Source: Zygnema circumcarinatum SAG 698-1b (lineage: Eukaryota > Plantae > Zygnematophyceae). From it: a stretch of DNA of 64,000 bases. The stretch covers positions 868,001-932,000 of the forward strand of contig CM074815.1 of NCBI GenBank assembly GCA_037447605.1. Direction: 5' to 3'. The first letter of the stretch is position 1; each line of letters starts with the position of its first letter. The position numbers were made by a program, and so were the translations under genes. Below the pieces are notes generated by a model that searched no databases, was not told the DNA's origin, and saw nothing but the letters and a program-made list of their open reading frames with translations. Positions 48,601 through 61,698 of this stretch are shown here, piece after piece.

Positions 48601-50350
48601 ATGGCACACTCCGCTTCTGTGGAGACTCTCGGAAACTGAATGCCATAACGATGGGATCCTCCTCGTTCCCGGATATGGGACCTGATTCTGCAGCGTGTCC
48701 CCTAGAGACCGATGGTGCGCCTCGTGCTGGGATTCCTGTCGCAGGTCCCCTGCGGCAGCGAGGATCGCTGCGGGCAGGGCTTGGTGAGCTCGCGCTTCAT
48801 CCCAGTGGACGTTCCTTCCCTTTCAGACTGGGGATTGCAGCCAGCAGCTCACAGGCGCCTGGCCAACCAGGTGTTCGGCCCCTGTCGTGCCTTCTGCGAG
48901 CCTTACGTGGATGATGCTTCGATCCACAGCAAGGACTGGTCCTCCCACCTGCAACACATTGACCAAGTCCTTCAACAGCTCATCAGTGCGCGTCTGAAGA
49001 TTGCACCCAAGAAGTGCAAATGGGGCCACCAGGAGATCACTCATCTCGGGCACCGCCTCGGTATCAATGGCCTGAAACCATCACTCGACAAGATTGAAGC
49101 GATTGACCTTATGCCGATTCCACAGAACCTCACTCAGCTCAAGTCTTTCTTGGGACTCACCTCATTCTATCGCCAATTCATCAAGGGCTATGCCCTTATC
49201 GCGCGTCCCCTACATGCCTTGGAGAAGCACGGAGTCCACTACGAATGGAGCCGAGCGCAGGATCTGGCCTTCCGGCGCTCAAGAGTGCCTGCTCAGGGCT
49301 ACCTTCCTGCTGGGTTGGCTCGGTCCCACCTGCCCACCATCATTGGCGCTCAGACCCAAACGGGCTTAGGCGGTCACAACCAAGCCTTCTCGGATGGGGA
49401 ACACCCGGTCAGTTATGCTAGCAGGGTTTGTTCAGAAACCGAGACCAAGTACAGCCCTACTGAGGGTGAGGCCGCGGCTATCCTCTGGGCACTCGAGAAG
49501 TTCAAGCTCTTCACGGCCTACCAGCCCATTATCATCAGGACTGACCACATGCCCCTCACTTGGCTACACATTATGGCTACCCTACGACCTAAGTTTGCAC
49601 GATGGGTGATGAAGTTGGAGGAGTATAATGTACTTAAGGTCACTCACCGTCCCGGCNNNNNNNNNNACCTGGCTGCACATCATGGCTACCCTACGCCCTA
49701 AGTTTGCACGATGGGTGATGAAGTTGGAGGAGTATAATGTACTTAAGGTCACTCACCGTCCCGGCTGCAGTCACGGCAATGCTGACGGCCTCAGTCGCAA
49801 TCCTTCGGCCCCCCTCCTCTGTCACGATCCGGCCGTCCCTGAACCCATCCCTCCACCCACTCTCTTGAACCCTGAGCATCTTCCCATTGAGATTTTTATT
49901 GCCGATCAAGACTTGCATGATGTCATATTCGCAGATGGGCTGATCGATATTCCGGCCACGGCCACCACCCTCCATCGCTGGCAGGACCCTGACTTCACCC
50001 ACGGCCACCCCCATGCGGATCCGTGGGAACTCCTCATGGATGACGATGGCGAAGCTCCCTTTCTTCCTCCCCATTTCCCCAGCGCCAATGACGTCCATTC
50101 AGAAACCTCCCTTCTGCGCTACGTCATGACCCGCACATTGCCCCCTTTTATCACGGACACCGAGAGGTCTCGGCTGCTCCGCCGCGCTCGGAACTTCTCT
50201 GTTGATGATGAAGGACAGATTCTCTACCTCCCCTCCGGCCTTCCTGTTCCTTTCCCCAACGAGCGCATGGAAATTCTGGACGTCGCACACGATTCCCAGC
50301 CCGGCGGATTCCACCTTGGCCAGAAGAAGATGGTCGCCCTNNNNNNNNNN

Positions 50351-50710
50351 CCCTTTGTTGTCACTATGCCAAGCTACCATCTTGTGAAATCCTGCCTTAT
50401 GCTCCGCCCAATGACCAATGATAACTAGAAGCCTAGCTAAGAGAATAGCCAAGGAGAGGACAGGGGAGGAGAGCCCCCAAGGAAGGGCTCTTTGCGCATC
50501 GGGTCCAGCCGCCGGAGGGAACATCTTCAGGATCCCTACGTCTTCTGCTGCGCGTACCTCTGAATCCCCCGGATCCTGGCTCTATGCTGCAGGCAGACCC
50601 ACAGAACCAACCCAACCCCTCATTAGTTTCAGCACGGACGCGCGAGTGGCCGTACAGCACCTGCAAATAGCTCAGCAGTCTCCTCTTAACCCCACTTATC
50701 TTGTGCTACA
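50351..50710 (+). repeat. Gypsy B 3' LTR (3' portion, after gap)
   Basis: Matches ~45317-45667 and ends TGTGCTACA. Confidence 0.88.
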
Positions 50711-50791
50711 GCCCTCAGCGGTGGGCGTGGCTCCGTCCGTACGAACATAGGGACGTACGGCGGAAAGCGCCGCTGGGGAAATAAAAAGACA

Positions 50792-51385
50792 TTTAGGGTT
50801 TAGGGTTTGGAATTTGTAATTTACACAGCTTTTTGGGCTAGATACACACCCTAAAAAACCTTAAAAGCCCCACGATAAAATCTGACAGGCAAAAAATTGT
50901 GTACAGTAGTTATCAAAAAAAAATATAAGGTGTGTAACTAGACCCTAAGTAGGGTTTACCGCACGTGTTTATGGGTGGAGAACGGTGACACGACGTTACG
51001 ATTCTTGGGAAGATCTCGGCGGCAGGAATTTTTCCTTTTCGGGCATGACGTCACTGCACTTTTAAGAAACCGAGTTTTTTTAATTTTCGTACTTTTCGGT
51101 AATGGTTTTTTTTCTTTTTTGTTTGGCTGAAACTGGCCAATGGCCAGTGGACAATGGGGAGAAAATTTCCGATTTTAAATTTCCGAGTTCCTACCTTGGG
51201 GCTTGGCGAGATGAAAATTGAAAAATTGGAAGTTGGAAGTTTTGTGCTATAGCTATTGACGGAGCCAGTTTCAGCCGCCGTTAAATTGTGAACACATGTG
51301 ACATGTGACCTGACCGTCATTTGTGACGCTGTTTTTGTATGTGACCGCAGTCGGCAGTTCAGTAACATGGAACGGGTTAGGGTTT
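50792..51385. promoter_or_regulatory. Telo-box cluster and site-II motif upstream of SF3B1
   Basis: TAGGGTTT at 50794, 50801, 50950 and 51378; TGGGCT at 50834. Confidence 0.55.
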
Positions 51386-51622
51386 CCTTTGCGCGCTCTG
51401 CCGTACCCTAAAGGCGAAGCCTTGAGAGTCGCTGATTGTGCAAGCTGGCAGGGCGGAGAGGGAGGCTCGTCTGGCAGGCTGCTTAACTCTCAGAGAAGCA
51501 TTTCAGGCATCAGAAAGAGGCTTATTATTCCTTGAGCAGAAGGAAATTTCTTCTCTTTTTCTGATTTTGGTGCTTTTTTTGGACTAAAATACTCTTATTT
51601 GAAGGGCCGGTTTGTTTGAGCG

Positions 51623-54600
51623 ATGGATATCGACTCCGACATCGCCCGTGTGCAGGAGGAGCGGCGGAAGAAGGAGGCGGAGCTTGCCGCCTTGTCTGCT
51701 GTTAGCTTTGACAAGGAGCTCTACGGTGAATCTAATCGTTTCGAGGGTTACGAATCTTCAATTCCAGTGACTGAAGATCAGGAAGAGCAGGATGCCACAG
51801 AGCGTGATGTTGCCAGGTCAGTGAATGGCTGCCTTTATCCGAGGGCCTTTTGGGATGTTTCTATGCTTGAACGAAGGATTTAGGGGAAATTGAGCAAGAG
51901 ATAGTGAAGCTGCTTCAATAATAGGGTTGAGGTATCAGATTTTTTTTCTGGCTATGTTGTCATAGCGTTGTAACTAGGAAAGTTTTCCTAATGTTCAGTT
52001 GTGCATCAGCCTCACGAGAAGGGCTTTTTGTTGGAGCTTGCAGGAAACTGGCGTCCTATACAGCTCCGAAGTCTGTTCTGGCGGATTTGCCGAGAGGGGA
52101 AATTACTGACGAGGAGGTATGCTTTCCAAACCTTTCTTTATTACCGCTTTTGCTGCGCGTAGATTTCGACTTCATATTCTTCTTGTTTCAGCTTCCGCAA
52201 GTGCTTTTTCTTGTTGTATGGAAGTGTTGGTCCTATTACAAGTCTTTGTTTCGATTTTGTATCTGCGATAGTACACACTTGCATCAGTATGTGACATAGA
52301 GAATATGCAGTTGTCGCGCGTTGCTGTTTATAGGCAGAATTTCTAAATATGATGGTTTCCCCTCGTGGTTGGGGCTGGGTTGTCCAGCTTGGTTTCAAGA
52401 AGCCTGGAAAGATTATTGACAGGGAGGATGATTACCGGAAGAGGTGGCGCAATCGGATTATTTCCCCTGAAAGAAACGACGCCTTTGCTATGGTGCGTGT
52501 GGCGTCTCTTCTCGCAGACATACGTGAACCAGGAATGCCATGCCTTTGTTTTTTTGGGTATTTCTGTCTCGCTTCACAACCAGTTATCCGGTTTTTTGGA
52601 GTTCCTGTGGCTTCTGGGAAATGTCTTGTTTATGCAGTGGGGAAGGATATGCGGAATAGTTGGGATTGGGCTTGTTAACTTTTTCCCAGCGTGATCAATT
52701 ACCCATGCAGATTTTGCAAAGAGAGTCTCAATTCGATTGTAATTAGCAGGTGAGCATGGTTGTGCGTTTGCCACACAGCAGCAAATGCTGCTGTTATTCC
52801 TAGTCGTCAGCTTCCAGGATGATGTGAATCCTGTTTATGGTTGTGGTCTGAGTGTTGATATGAAAATTTTAATAGTTTGAAAAGGCATGGCTTGCAGGGT
52901 GATAAAACACCTGATGCATCCGTAATGACGTACGCTGATGTCATGCGGCAACAAACCCTAGAGCGGGAGAAAGAAGAAACATTGCGCTTGATTGCAAAAA
53001 AGAAGCAGGAGGAAGCAGAGCGTAAGGCTGCAGAGGAGTCAACTGCTCCAACAAAGGCACAAGTAGGGGCTACTGCAGCCCAAGAAGATGCAATGCCAAC
53101 TGCTGGCATGAAGAGGAGGAACAGATGGGACCAATCCCTTGACGACCCAAAGTAAGTTGTTACCTTCAAGCATGTACAATGAAAACCCGAGTTACTGCAC
53201 TGCCACCTGCTTCAGCCAACACTCTTAACAATTTGCAGCAACTAGATACTGAGAACTGAAGTGAAGAGAGCGATTTCGGGTCTTGTATTTCATTGTTGAC
53301 AGCGCATTCGCTGGTTGTGCGGTGTTGTTGTGCTTTCAGGAAAGCAAAAACATCAGATTGGGATGCTCCCGATTCAACTCCTGCTGCAAGTCGGTGGGAT
53401 GCTCCAACTCCTGGACGACCGGGAGTGGATGCTACTCCCACACCAGGACCTCGGCGTAATCGTTGGGATGAAACACCCACTCCTGGACGAGTGAGTGTTT
53501 ATACATCCCTCTGTTCGTTTTGCATCCGTCATAGAAATACCTTCACCTGTCAAGCTGATGCATGGCAGTTCCTTTGCTTATTCTTATGATTGCCTCCACG
53601 TGTTCCTGACATATTGCCCTTTTTTTTTTGAAGCATTGCAGTTGGCAGATGCGGATGCAACTCCTGCCGGGGGAATGACCCCGGGAGCGACACCTGCAGG
53701 CATGACTTGGGATGCTACACCAAAGGCTATTGGGGCTACTCCAACTCCAAAGAAAACTCGTTCCCGTTGGGATGAAACTCCCGCTACAATAGGCAGCGCA
53801 ACCCCTATGCTTGGTGCAGTGACTCCTTCTGTGTTTACTCCAGGAATCACTCCATTGGGGGGATTGGATATGGCCACCCCAACACCGGGACAGATCGCTC
53901 TTCGTGCTCCTTTAACACCTGAGCAGTACAATATGATGCGGTGGGAGAAGGATATTGAAGAGAGGAATAGGCCATTGTCTGATGAGGAGTTAGATGCCAT
54001 GTTTCCTCAGGAAGGTTATAAGGTTCTTGAACCTCCTCCCACCTATGTTCCCATTAGGACTCCTGCTAGGAAGCTATTGGCCACTCCTACTCCTCTTGGA
54101 GGGGCTACTCCTCTGTACCACATTCCAGAAGAAGATCGTTCCCAGAAATTTGATGTTCCTGGAGAGAGTGCGTCAGGTTTACCATTCATGAAGCCGGAGG
54201 ATTATCAGTATTTTGGCGCATTGCTTCAGGAGAAGGATGAGGAATCTTTAAAACCAGAAGAGAGCAAGGAGCGGAAGATTATGAAGCTTTTGCTGAAGGT
54301 TTGTCTTGTCTTCCAACTCACACAAACATCTTCATTCTCATTGCTTCACCCGTTGTCCCTTTTCAAGTCTGGATAGGGCTTGGATAGGAACCTTGCATCG
54401 TCTTCTCGTGCTTGAATGGTATTTCTAGTTGGCTCATGGAATTGATTTTTTGTTTGGCTGTTATCCAGGTTAAGAATGGCACACCCCCACAGCGAAAAAC
54501 AGCTTTGAGGCAGCTAACGGATAAGGCAAGAGAGTTCGGGGCCGGTCCTTTGTTCAACCAAATCTTGCCTCTGCTTATGTCTCCAACACTTGAAGATCAG

Positions 54601-57600
54601 GAACGGCACTTGTTGGTGAAAGTTATCGATAGGATTCTATACAAACTCGATGAGCTTGTGCGTCCGTTTGTTCACAAAATTCTCGTTGTCATAGAACCTC
54701 TTTTGATTGACGAAGATTATTATGCTCGTGTTGAGGGCCGAGAGATCATTTCCAACCTTAGTAAAGCAGCAGGTTTGGCAACGATGATTGCTGCCATGCG
54801 TCCGGATATCGACAACATTGATGAATATGTGCGAAATACTACGGCTCGTGCGTTTTCAGTTGTAGCTTCCGCTTTGGGCATCCCTGCTTTGCTTCCCTTT
54901 TTGAAGGCTGTTTGTCAGAGCAAAAAATCATGGCAGGCAAGACACACGGGTATCAAGATTGTTCAGCAAATAGCCATACTCATGGGCTGTGCAGTGCTGC
55001 CCCACTTAAAGTCGTTGGTCGAAATTATTGAGCACGGATTGGACGATGAGAATCAGAAGGTAAGTTTCAAAGAACTGCAAGCTCTAATGCCGCGATGATG
55101 CAAAAGGACTTTCTTGACAATCAAATCATGTATTGTCTAACCTTTTTACCAGCTGTGGTTCAAACTTTATGATTCACATAAATACTATTGGTAGACATGT
55201 TTGGCAGGTGTTTCGGAGTGGTGTAGCACTCAATAGACAAAGCGAAGCTGTAGATTCTGCTATAAATGCTGGGTATTCCTTTCGTCTCTTTCTGTACACA
55301 ATCCCGTGCAGTATACTTGCCTTGGGAATGTTATTGTTTTTGCTTGTCAGGGTGGTTGCTCTGTTCTCCTTAATGTTAACGAATATCCTCTTCTGTTTGG
55401 ACCCTGCTTGCAGGTGCGGACAATCACTGCCTTGTCATTGGCTGCTCTTGCAGAAGCATCAGCACCTTATGGAATTGAGTCATTTGATTCAGTCCTGAAA
55501 CCACTCTGGAAGGGTATTAGGCAGCACAGGGGCAAAGTTTTGGCAGCCTTTTTGAAGTCCATTGGCTTCATCATTCCTCTCATGGATGCCATGTATGCCA
55601 GTTACTACACAAGAGAAGTCATGGTGATTCTTATTCGCGAATTTCAGTCCCCTGATGAGGAAATGAAGAAGATTGTGCTGAAAGTCGTAAAGCAGTGTGT
55701 TGCCACTGACGGAGTAGAGCCTGACTATATCAGGGCAGAGATTTTGCCCGAATTCTTCCGCAATTTTTGGGTGAGAAGGATGGCTTTGGATCGTCGAAAC
55801 TATCGGCAATTGGTGGAAACGACTGTTGAAGTTGCGAACAAGGTGGGAGTTGCGGATATTGTGGAGCGAGTAGTGGAAGATTTGAAGGATGAGAGCGAGC
55901 CTTATCGGCGAATGGTAATGGAAACAATTGAGAAGGTTGTAACAAATTTGGGGGCCTCAGATATCGATGCGAGGCTTGAGGAGTTGCTCATTGATGGCAT
56001 CCTTTACGCTTTCCAAGAGCAGGTAGTTACTCGCCTTTTTATTTTGTGTGCAAAAAAATCTACTCTTAATCGACAGCGGTGTTCTTTAGGTGATGTATTT
56101 TTGTTGTTCAACCTCTCGTTTGGGTTTGTTTTTTGTTTGATATCTCTCAAGTTCTGTCTAGAATGTTTGTGCTACGCAGTTTGAATGTCACATTGGGTCG
56201 ATTTGTTTGTCGATCATAATGCACTTTTGCAGAGGCAAGTTCGTTGTTTAAGTTGGCGTGAATCCTAACAGTCTTTTCTTTTTTTCTTTTTGTGTCACTC
56301 AGACAAGTGACGATGCCAATGTTATGTTGAACGGATTCGGAACGGTAGTGAATGCTCTTGGGCAGCGAGTGAAGCCCTATCTGCCTCAGATTTGCGGTAC
56401 AATCAAATGGCGGTTGAACAACAAAAGTGCCAAAGTCCGACAGCAGGCGGCGGATCTTATCAGCCGTATTGCAGTGGTGATGAAGCAATGCCATGAAGAG
56501 CAGCTTATGGGACATTTGGGAGTGGTTCTCTACGAGTATCTCGGAGAAGGTATGTGCGGATGCTCTTCTATCCTCTGACCTCGAGCAAATGGAGAGAGTT
56601 TGTTTGGTAGAGCTGATGTACTGTGGAGTACAGGTTCTATGTTCCCTTTGTGTTCTATGTCTGTGTTTGAGGAAGTTGATTGGGGGTGTCAGACAAGCAT
56701 AGCTTCTCCCTTGTCAGCAGGTAATGTGTGTTGCAGTCTATTGTTTGAAGGGAATTGGTAAAGCAAAGCCATTTTCATTTTCATTTTCAGTTTTCCTGGC
56801 TCAAAATCCGTAGTGTTCCTTCTACGCTTAGATGCGAAGAGTGTCGTTATTTTTAATAATATTCTCACAATCACATAGAAACATGGAACAATTGGAAAGT
56901 ATTTTCTGGCGAAATAGCCACATTATTACACCCAGTTTTGAAGCTTGCCTTGCAGCTTCTATTTGTCATTCTGTCATCGTCCCACAGGCCCCACCAGTTG
57001 TCATTTGCAACTATTAACCTATTGCCGCTTTCATGTGTTTGTGAATGACATGTGCAGAATATCCGGAGGTTTTGGGTTCTATTCTGGGTGCACTTAAGGC
57101 CATCGTCAATGTCATTGGTATGACCAAAATGACACCCCCCATAAAAGACCTCCTCCCACGGCTCACTCCAATCCTTAAGAACAGGCATGAGAAGGTGCAG
57201 GAGAACTGCATTGACCTCGTCGGACGCATTGCGGATCGAGGAGCGGAATTTGTGCCAGCTCGAGAATGGATGCGAATTTGCTTTGAGCTTTTAGAGATGC
57301 TGAAAGCGCACAAAAAGGGTATCCGGCGTGCAACTGTGAACACTTTTGGGTACATCGCGAAGGCCATCGGACCACAGGATGTGTTGGCAACTCTTCTGAA
57401 CAACTTGAAGGTTCAGGAAAGGCAGAATCGTGTATGCACAACTGTGGCGATTGCCATTGTGGCGGAGACTTGCTCGCCCTTCACCGTCCTTCCGGCTCTG
57501 ATGAACGAGTGAGCACCTTTCTTTTTCACCCGCTCTCTGAACCCCATTGTCGGGTTTAAGTTTGGAGGTTTGTACAATTGCATGGTCGACAGGCTCTCAG

Positions 57601-58332
57601 GCTCTTAGCAGGTTTCTTAGTTGTTGCATGGTCTAGATATGCAAGCAGTCATCGTATTGGAAAGGTTGATGTTCTTGTTGTTACCTTTTCTGCTCAGTCA
57701 TTAGTCAACTACTAGGCAGAGTATGCCTTTCAAATCAATAGCCATCACCTTGAACGTAGACCTTTCTCGCTCTGTGAGCTTATCCCTCTGTAACCTACTG
57801 TTGATCTGCTTTCATTTGCAGATATCGCGTTCCTGAGCTGAATGTCCAAAACGGAGTCCTGAAGTCCCTCTCCTTCCTTTTCGAGTACATTGGAGAAATG
57901 GGTAAAGACTACATCTACGCTGTCACTCCTCTCTTAGAAGACGCCCTTATGGACAGAGACCTGGTTCATCGCCAAACCGCCGCTTCAGCAGTGAAGCATA
58001 TGGCATTGGGAGTTGCAGGGTTGGGCTGTGAAGACGCTCTCGTGCATCTCATGAACTATGTATGGCCCAACATATTTGAGACCTCTCCCCATGTGATCAA
58101 TGCTGTCACGGAGGCTATTGAAGGTATGCGTGTCGCTTTGGGCCCCGCAGCAGTGCTCAGCTATTGCCTGCAGGGGCTTTTTCACCCGGCGAGGAAAGTT
58201 CGAGAGGTGTATTGGAAGATCTACAATTCGCTGTACATAGGTGCCCAGGACGGGCTGATTGCCTCGTATCCTAACTTGGAAGATGAGGCCAGCAACACGT
58301 ACAGCCGGCCTGAGCTCTCTATGTTTGTCTGA
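51623..58332 (+). CDS. SF3B1: Splicing factor 3B subunit 1 (U2 snRNP), 11 exons
   Basis: TP-rich N-terminus (RWDETP repeats), [35 protein letters not shown] repeats ([25 protein letters not shown]), ends [10 protein letters not shown]. All inferred introns are GT-AG. Confidence 0.98.
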
Positions 58333-58862
58333 CCTGGATAAGGTGCGAGAGAGAGGGGGGGGAAAGTGAGGGGGAGCGAAGGGAGAGCTTTTAGTTGAAT
58401 ATGACTTGCTCCAGTTGGAGCTTAGTGTGTGTGGGTGGGCTGAGGAAGGGGAGCTTCTAATGCACTCGAACAAGGTTGTGGCTCTCTATTTGCTTGTAGA
58501 CTGCAGAGATGGGCAATGAAAGAATGGTGCTTGTGGAGGCTTTCTGTTGACTGTGATGTGAGTGATTCCCTATGTGTGGGAAACTGCGGGGTAGAAAAGG
58601 AGTTTTCTCATGAGTATGCAATGTCCAAGGAGTGAATGCTGCTTAGTTGAACTAATCGTAACCGTTTAAAAAAGCACAATTTTAATCGGTTAATAATTGT
58701 GTTTGTCAACTTCCTCATGTTCGGTTGTGACCACTTCTGATTGGCAGTCTCTCACTCTTTCGCTCTCTGTGTGTCTGTCCCCTCCCTCTCTCGGCGTATA
58801 GAGCTACTCCCATAAACTGTACGCGCAAAGGGGCTTCTGACTTCTGACATAAAAAAAAAATC

Positions 58863-59019
58863 TAAACCTAAACCTAAACCTAAACATACCTAAAAACCCT
58901 AAAAACCCTAAAAACCCTAAAAACCCTAAAAACCCTAAAAACCCTAAAAAACCCTAAAAACCCTAAAAACCCTAAAAACCCTAAAAAACCCTAAAAACCC
59001 TAAAAACCCTAAAAACCCT
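58863..59019 (-). repeat. Interstitial telomere-like array: (TTTTTAGGG)14 plus a (TTTAGG)3-4 leader
   Basis: Plus strand shows 14 units of A5-6CCCT at 58892-59019 (12 with A5, 2 with A6), preceded by TAAACC x3; flanked by a direct repeat CTGACTTCTGACAT-A9/10-TC. Confidence 0.9.
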
Positions 59020-60846
59020 CTGACTTCTGACATAAAAAAAAATCGATCAGGAATCGTTTTACATCGTCATAGCAGCTGAAAGTCACGTCTCTCCCTTCCC
59101 CTCCCCCCTCCTCTATCTCCTTCTTCCACCCACTCCGACCCCTTTTTATTCTTCTTACTTCTCGTTCCACTCTCGCTCTCTCTCACTCTCGTTTTCTTTT
59201 TGTCTCTCTATTTCTCACTCACTTCTTTCAACTTTTTTCTTGGGAAAAGGGATAGAAGATGAAACGTTTCTTAGACCATGGGTATTTGACTCACTTGCAA
59301 AATTTCACATGTGTGCTGACCTATGTATACTCCATAAATTCAATTCAGTTGAAGAATAGAATTCGATGAAGTGCTCCATCTTCCAAAAACATGTGTACAG
59401 ATGTGTATTGGAGTAATGAATGGCACCTTTCCTAGCGGCTTAGGTGAAGCATATTACATCCTTGGACTCAGACACAACATCGTGTCTATAAAACAATCAT
59501 CCAAGCGAGGTTTTGAAATTACCTTCTACGAAAAATGGGCAATGCAAAGTTACGAACCCTAAGGACGGTGATATCATACTCCAAAGCAAATATGAAAAAT
59601 AAACTTTACTTTCACTTTTAATTCCATTTGTCACCAAGGCTCGACCCAGGAGAAGGTAGGGAGGGGGTGGGGGGGGGGAGGGGGGAAGAAGACGAAAGGA
59701 TGGAGGGAGGGGCAGGGGAGGGGGTGGGGAGGCGGTCACTTCACCTCTATCGACTGCTCCACAGGCTTCTCCGGAACTTGAAGAAGTTGCTACTGACCAC
59801 GGGGCTTGCCCATCGCCACGTGGGCGGCTGTGAGGAGGAGTACCGTCCCAAAATGGAGGAAGGATAGGAGTTCTCGGAGCTACACTTGCGGCCTATCTGC
59901 ACTGCGGGTCACGGCTTGCAGCCTCTCTCTCTTCCTCCTCTCCACCTCCCTCTCTCTCTCTCTCTCTCTCTCTTCTGGCGCTCTCTCTCCCTCCCTCTCC
60001 CTCTTCGCTGTGCTGCTTTCGTGGCGCCGTCGGCACTTTTTGCTCCTTTTTTCCACGTCAACTGATTCGCGGCTGCTTTCAGAGTCACATCGCTCAGGCA
60101 AGAAGCAGCGTTCAGGTGACAGCTTTTGCTCCAATTTTGGGTTAAGTTTGGGTTAATTTTGTTACCTTTCATGTCGGTTCTTTATAGTCGTTTTTCTGCT
60201 TATGTACCTGTTTTGGATCTCTCCGTCGTCGTGATGTCAACAATATCTATTATTCTACGTTAGGGAGGCTACTTTGGAATGTGACATGCGAGACCTGAAA
60301 ACTCCATATGTCGATGCGTGTATGGTTTCAAGACATGACGTGGTCCATATGGAAGGTTGAATCTGTCAATTCAGGCCATGTTCCGATCACATAATCAATT
60401 TGTTCCACAAATTTGGTTTGACAAAAAGGCAAAATCAATCTCGAATCTCCGTCTGCTACATTTCGTAAACGCTCGTTTTAATGGAATTTGCTTGTTGAAC
60501 CCATTTCACTTCCCAGGGCCTCATTAGGGACTCTCCGCGCTTTCCTAACCACCTGCTTACCTAAAAGTTGCTGTGCAGCAGCACCTTCATGGGGCACCAT
60601 GATAATGGTCCACCTTGGCCTCTCCATGGGAGACATAGATGTCTGGCCTTCAGATATGAAGCACGAACTAAGGAGGAGGTTACACCTACGTGGACATGCT
60701 TTTGCTGAGGAATTTTCGAAGTATTGGTTCCGAACAGAGCATGCCTGTGCCTGGGAATGAATAGCCAATTGCTTTTGCAGAAATGCAGGGAGGGAGAGTC
60801 AGTTTGTTTTTTCAACTGAGGAAGAGGGTTGGCAGAGTGCCCTGAC

Positions 60847-61698
60847 TCAGACGAGGGCCAAGTTATAGACCTGCTCCATCAAATTCTGCGTCGCACTTTC
60901 TGTCGGGAGGCTCCGCAGAACCCCTGGGGTCCACTGCGTGATGATTCCGGCGCAAATTGCAAACCGCAAGGCCCTTTTCAACTGATCTTCATCTTCCAAA
61001 ATTTTAGGGTTAAGAGAGAGCTTTCGCAGAAACCCTGCAAAACAGAGAAATGGGGCGTGTCAATGCAAAAGGTCTTCAGTAAAAGTGAGTACAACCATGC
61101 AATAAGCGAAAACCACGAGCATCCCACAATAGGGTTAAAAACAACCTCCCTTTTCTAAACCCGGCAACAAGTCTGAGCATCCGCAGCTGTACCCACCTGC
61201 TATAAGTGCATCCCCTGAACCTGTCCGGTCACAGGAGTAGGCCGCTATAATAACATCCTCTGTACCACGAACAAGTCCGTCGAAGTTGTGAGCATAGTAA
61301 TGAACGCTCCAAGTCCCATTCGTGACCAGAAGAAGCTGCAGGTTTTCGGTAAGGATTGTTGAAACCTCCTCTCTCGAGTAATGGATCAGATTCCCCAACC
61401 CCCGCGGCTGTTCATTCGCCGCAGCACTGAGTTTAATGGCTTCTTTCCGGCGCTCAAAGTATGCTTCGTTGATTAAAAACTCCAACTCTACTCGAGACAC
61501 CTTCACAACATCTGCTTCCACCCAGACTGGAAGCAGAGCAGCCCAGGCTATTTCCACAGAACGCCATAGAGGGAAGGGGAGGTTCACATCCAACACAACA
61601 AGGGCCCCGCTATCCTTTGCGAGCTTTACTGCTGCAAGAGTGGCTGATCGAGAAGGCTCATTAAGGAGGCTAAGGGTGGTCACATGTAAGATGGTTGC
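60847..61698 (-). CDS. FLN1: Fructokinase-like 1 (pfkB family, plastid RNA polymerase-associated), last two exons 61698-61197 and 61034-60847; 5' part unresolved
   Basis: DVNLPFPLWRS, VKVSRVELEFLINEAYFERRK, LLVTNGT..HYY..FDG.V.GTEDV, CDRTGSGDA, LRFAICAGIITQW, LPTESATQNLMEQVY match recalled FLN1 motifs. Confidence 0.85.

Larger units (their letters stand above)
44672..50710 (+). mobile_element. Ty3/Gypsy LTR retrotransposon family B, degenerate and gapped
   Basis: TGTAGC...GCTACA termini; 4-bp TSD GCCC at 44668-44671 and 50711-50714; PBS TGGTATCAGAGC at 45668-45679; gag with CCHC knuckle (CTFCQITGHDARVC), protease remnants, RT (EPYVDD), RNase H (YSPTEGEAAAILWAL..IIRTDH) and start of integrase (HD..GGFHLG). 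Three N gaps. Confidence 0.92.

Noticed and set aside
49561-49762. Apparent ~95-bp tandem duplication in Gypsy B RNase H
   Set aside because: The two copies flank a 10-N gap (49657-49666) and differ by a few bases; this is most likely an unmerged contig overlap.
51623-58332. Non-canonical (GC-AG or AT-AC) introns, or substitutions at SF3B1 hotspot residues
   Set aside because: All inferred junctions are GT-AG, and the motifs around the R625, K666 and K700 equivalents look conventional.
60488-60760. 90-aa plus-strand ORF, vaguely like a LINE ORF2 C-terminus
   Set aside because: No diagnostic motif, no adjoining RT or endonuclease sequence, and no poly(A) or TSD.
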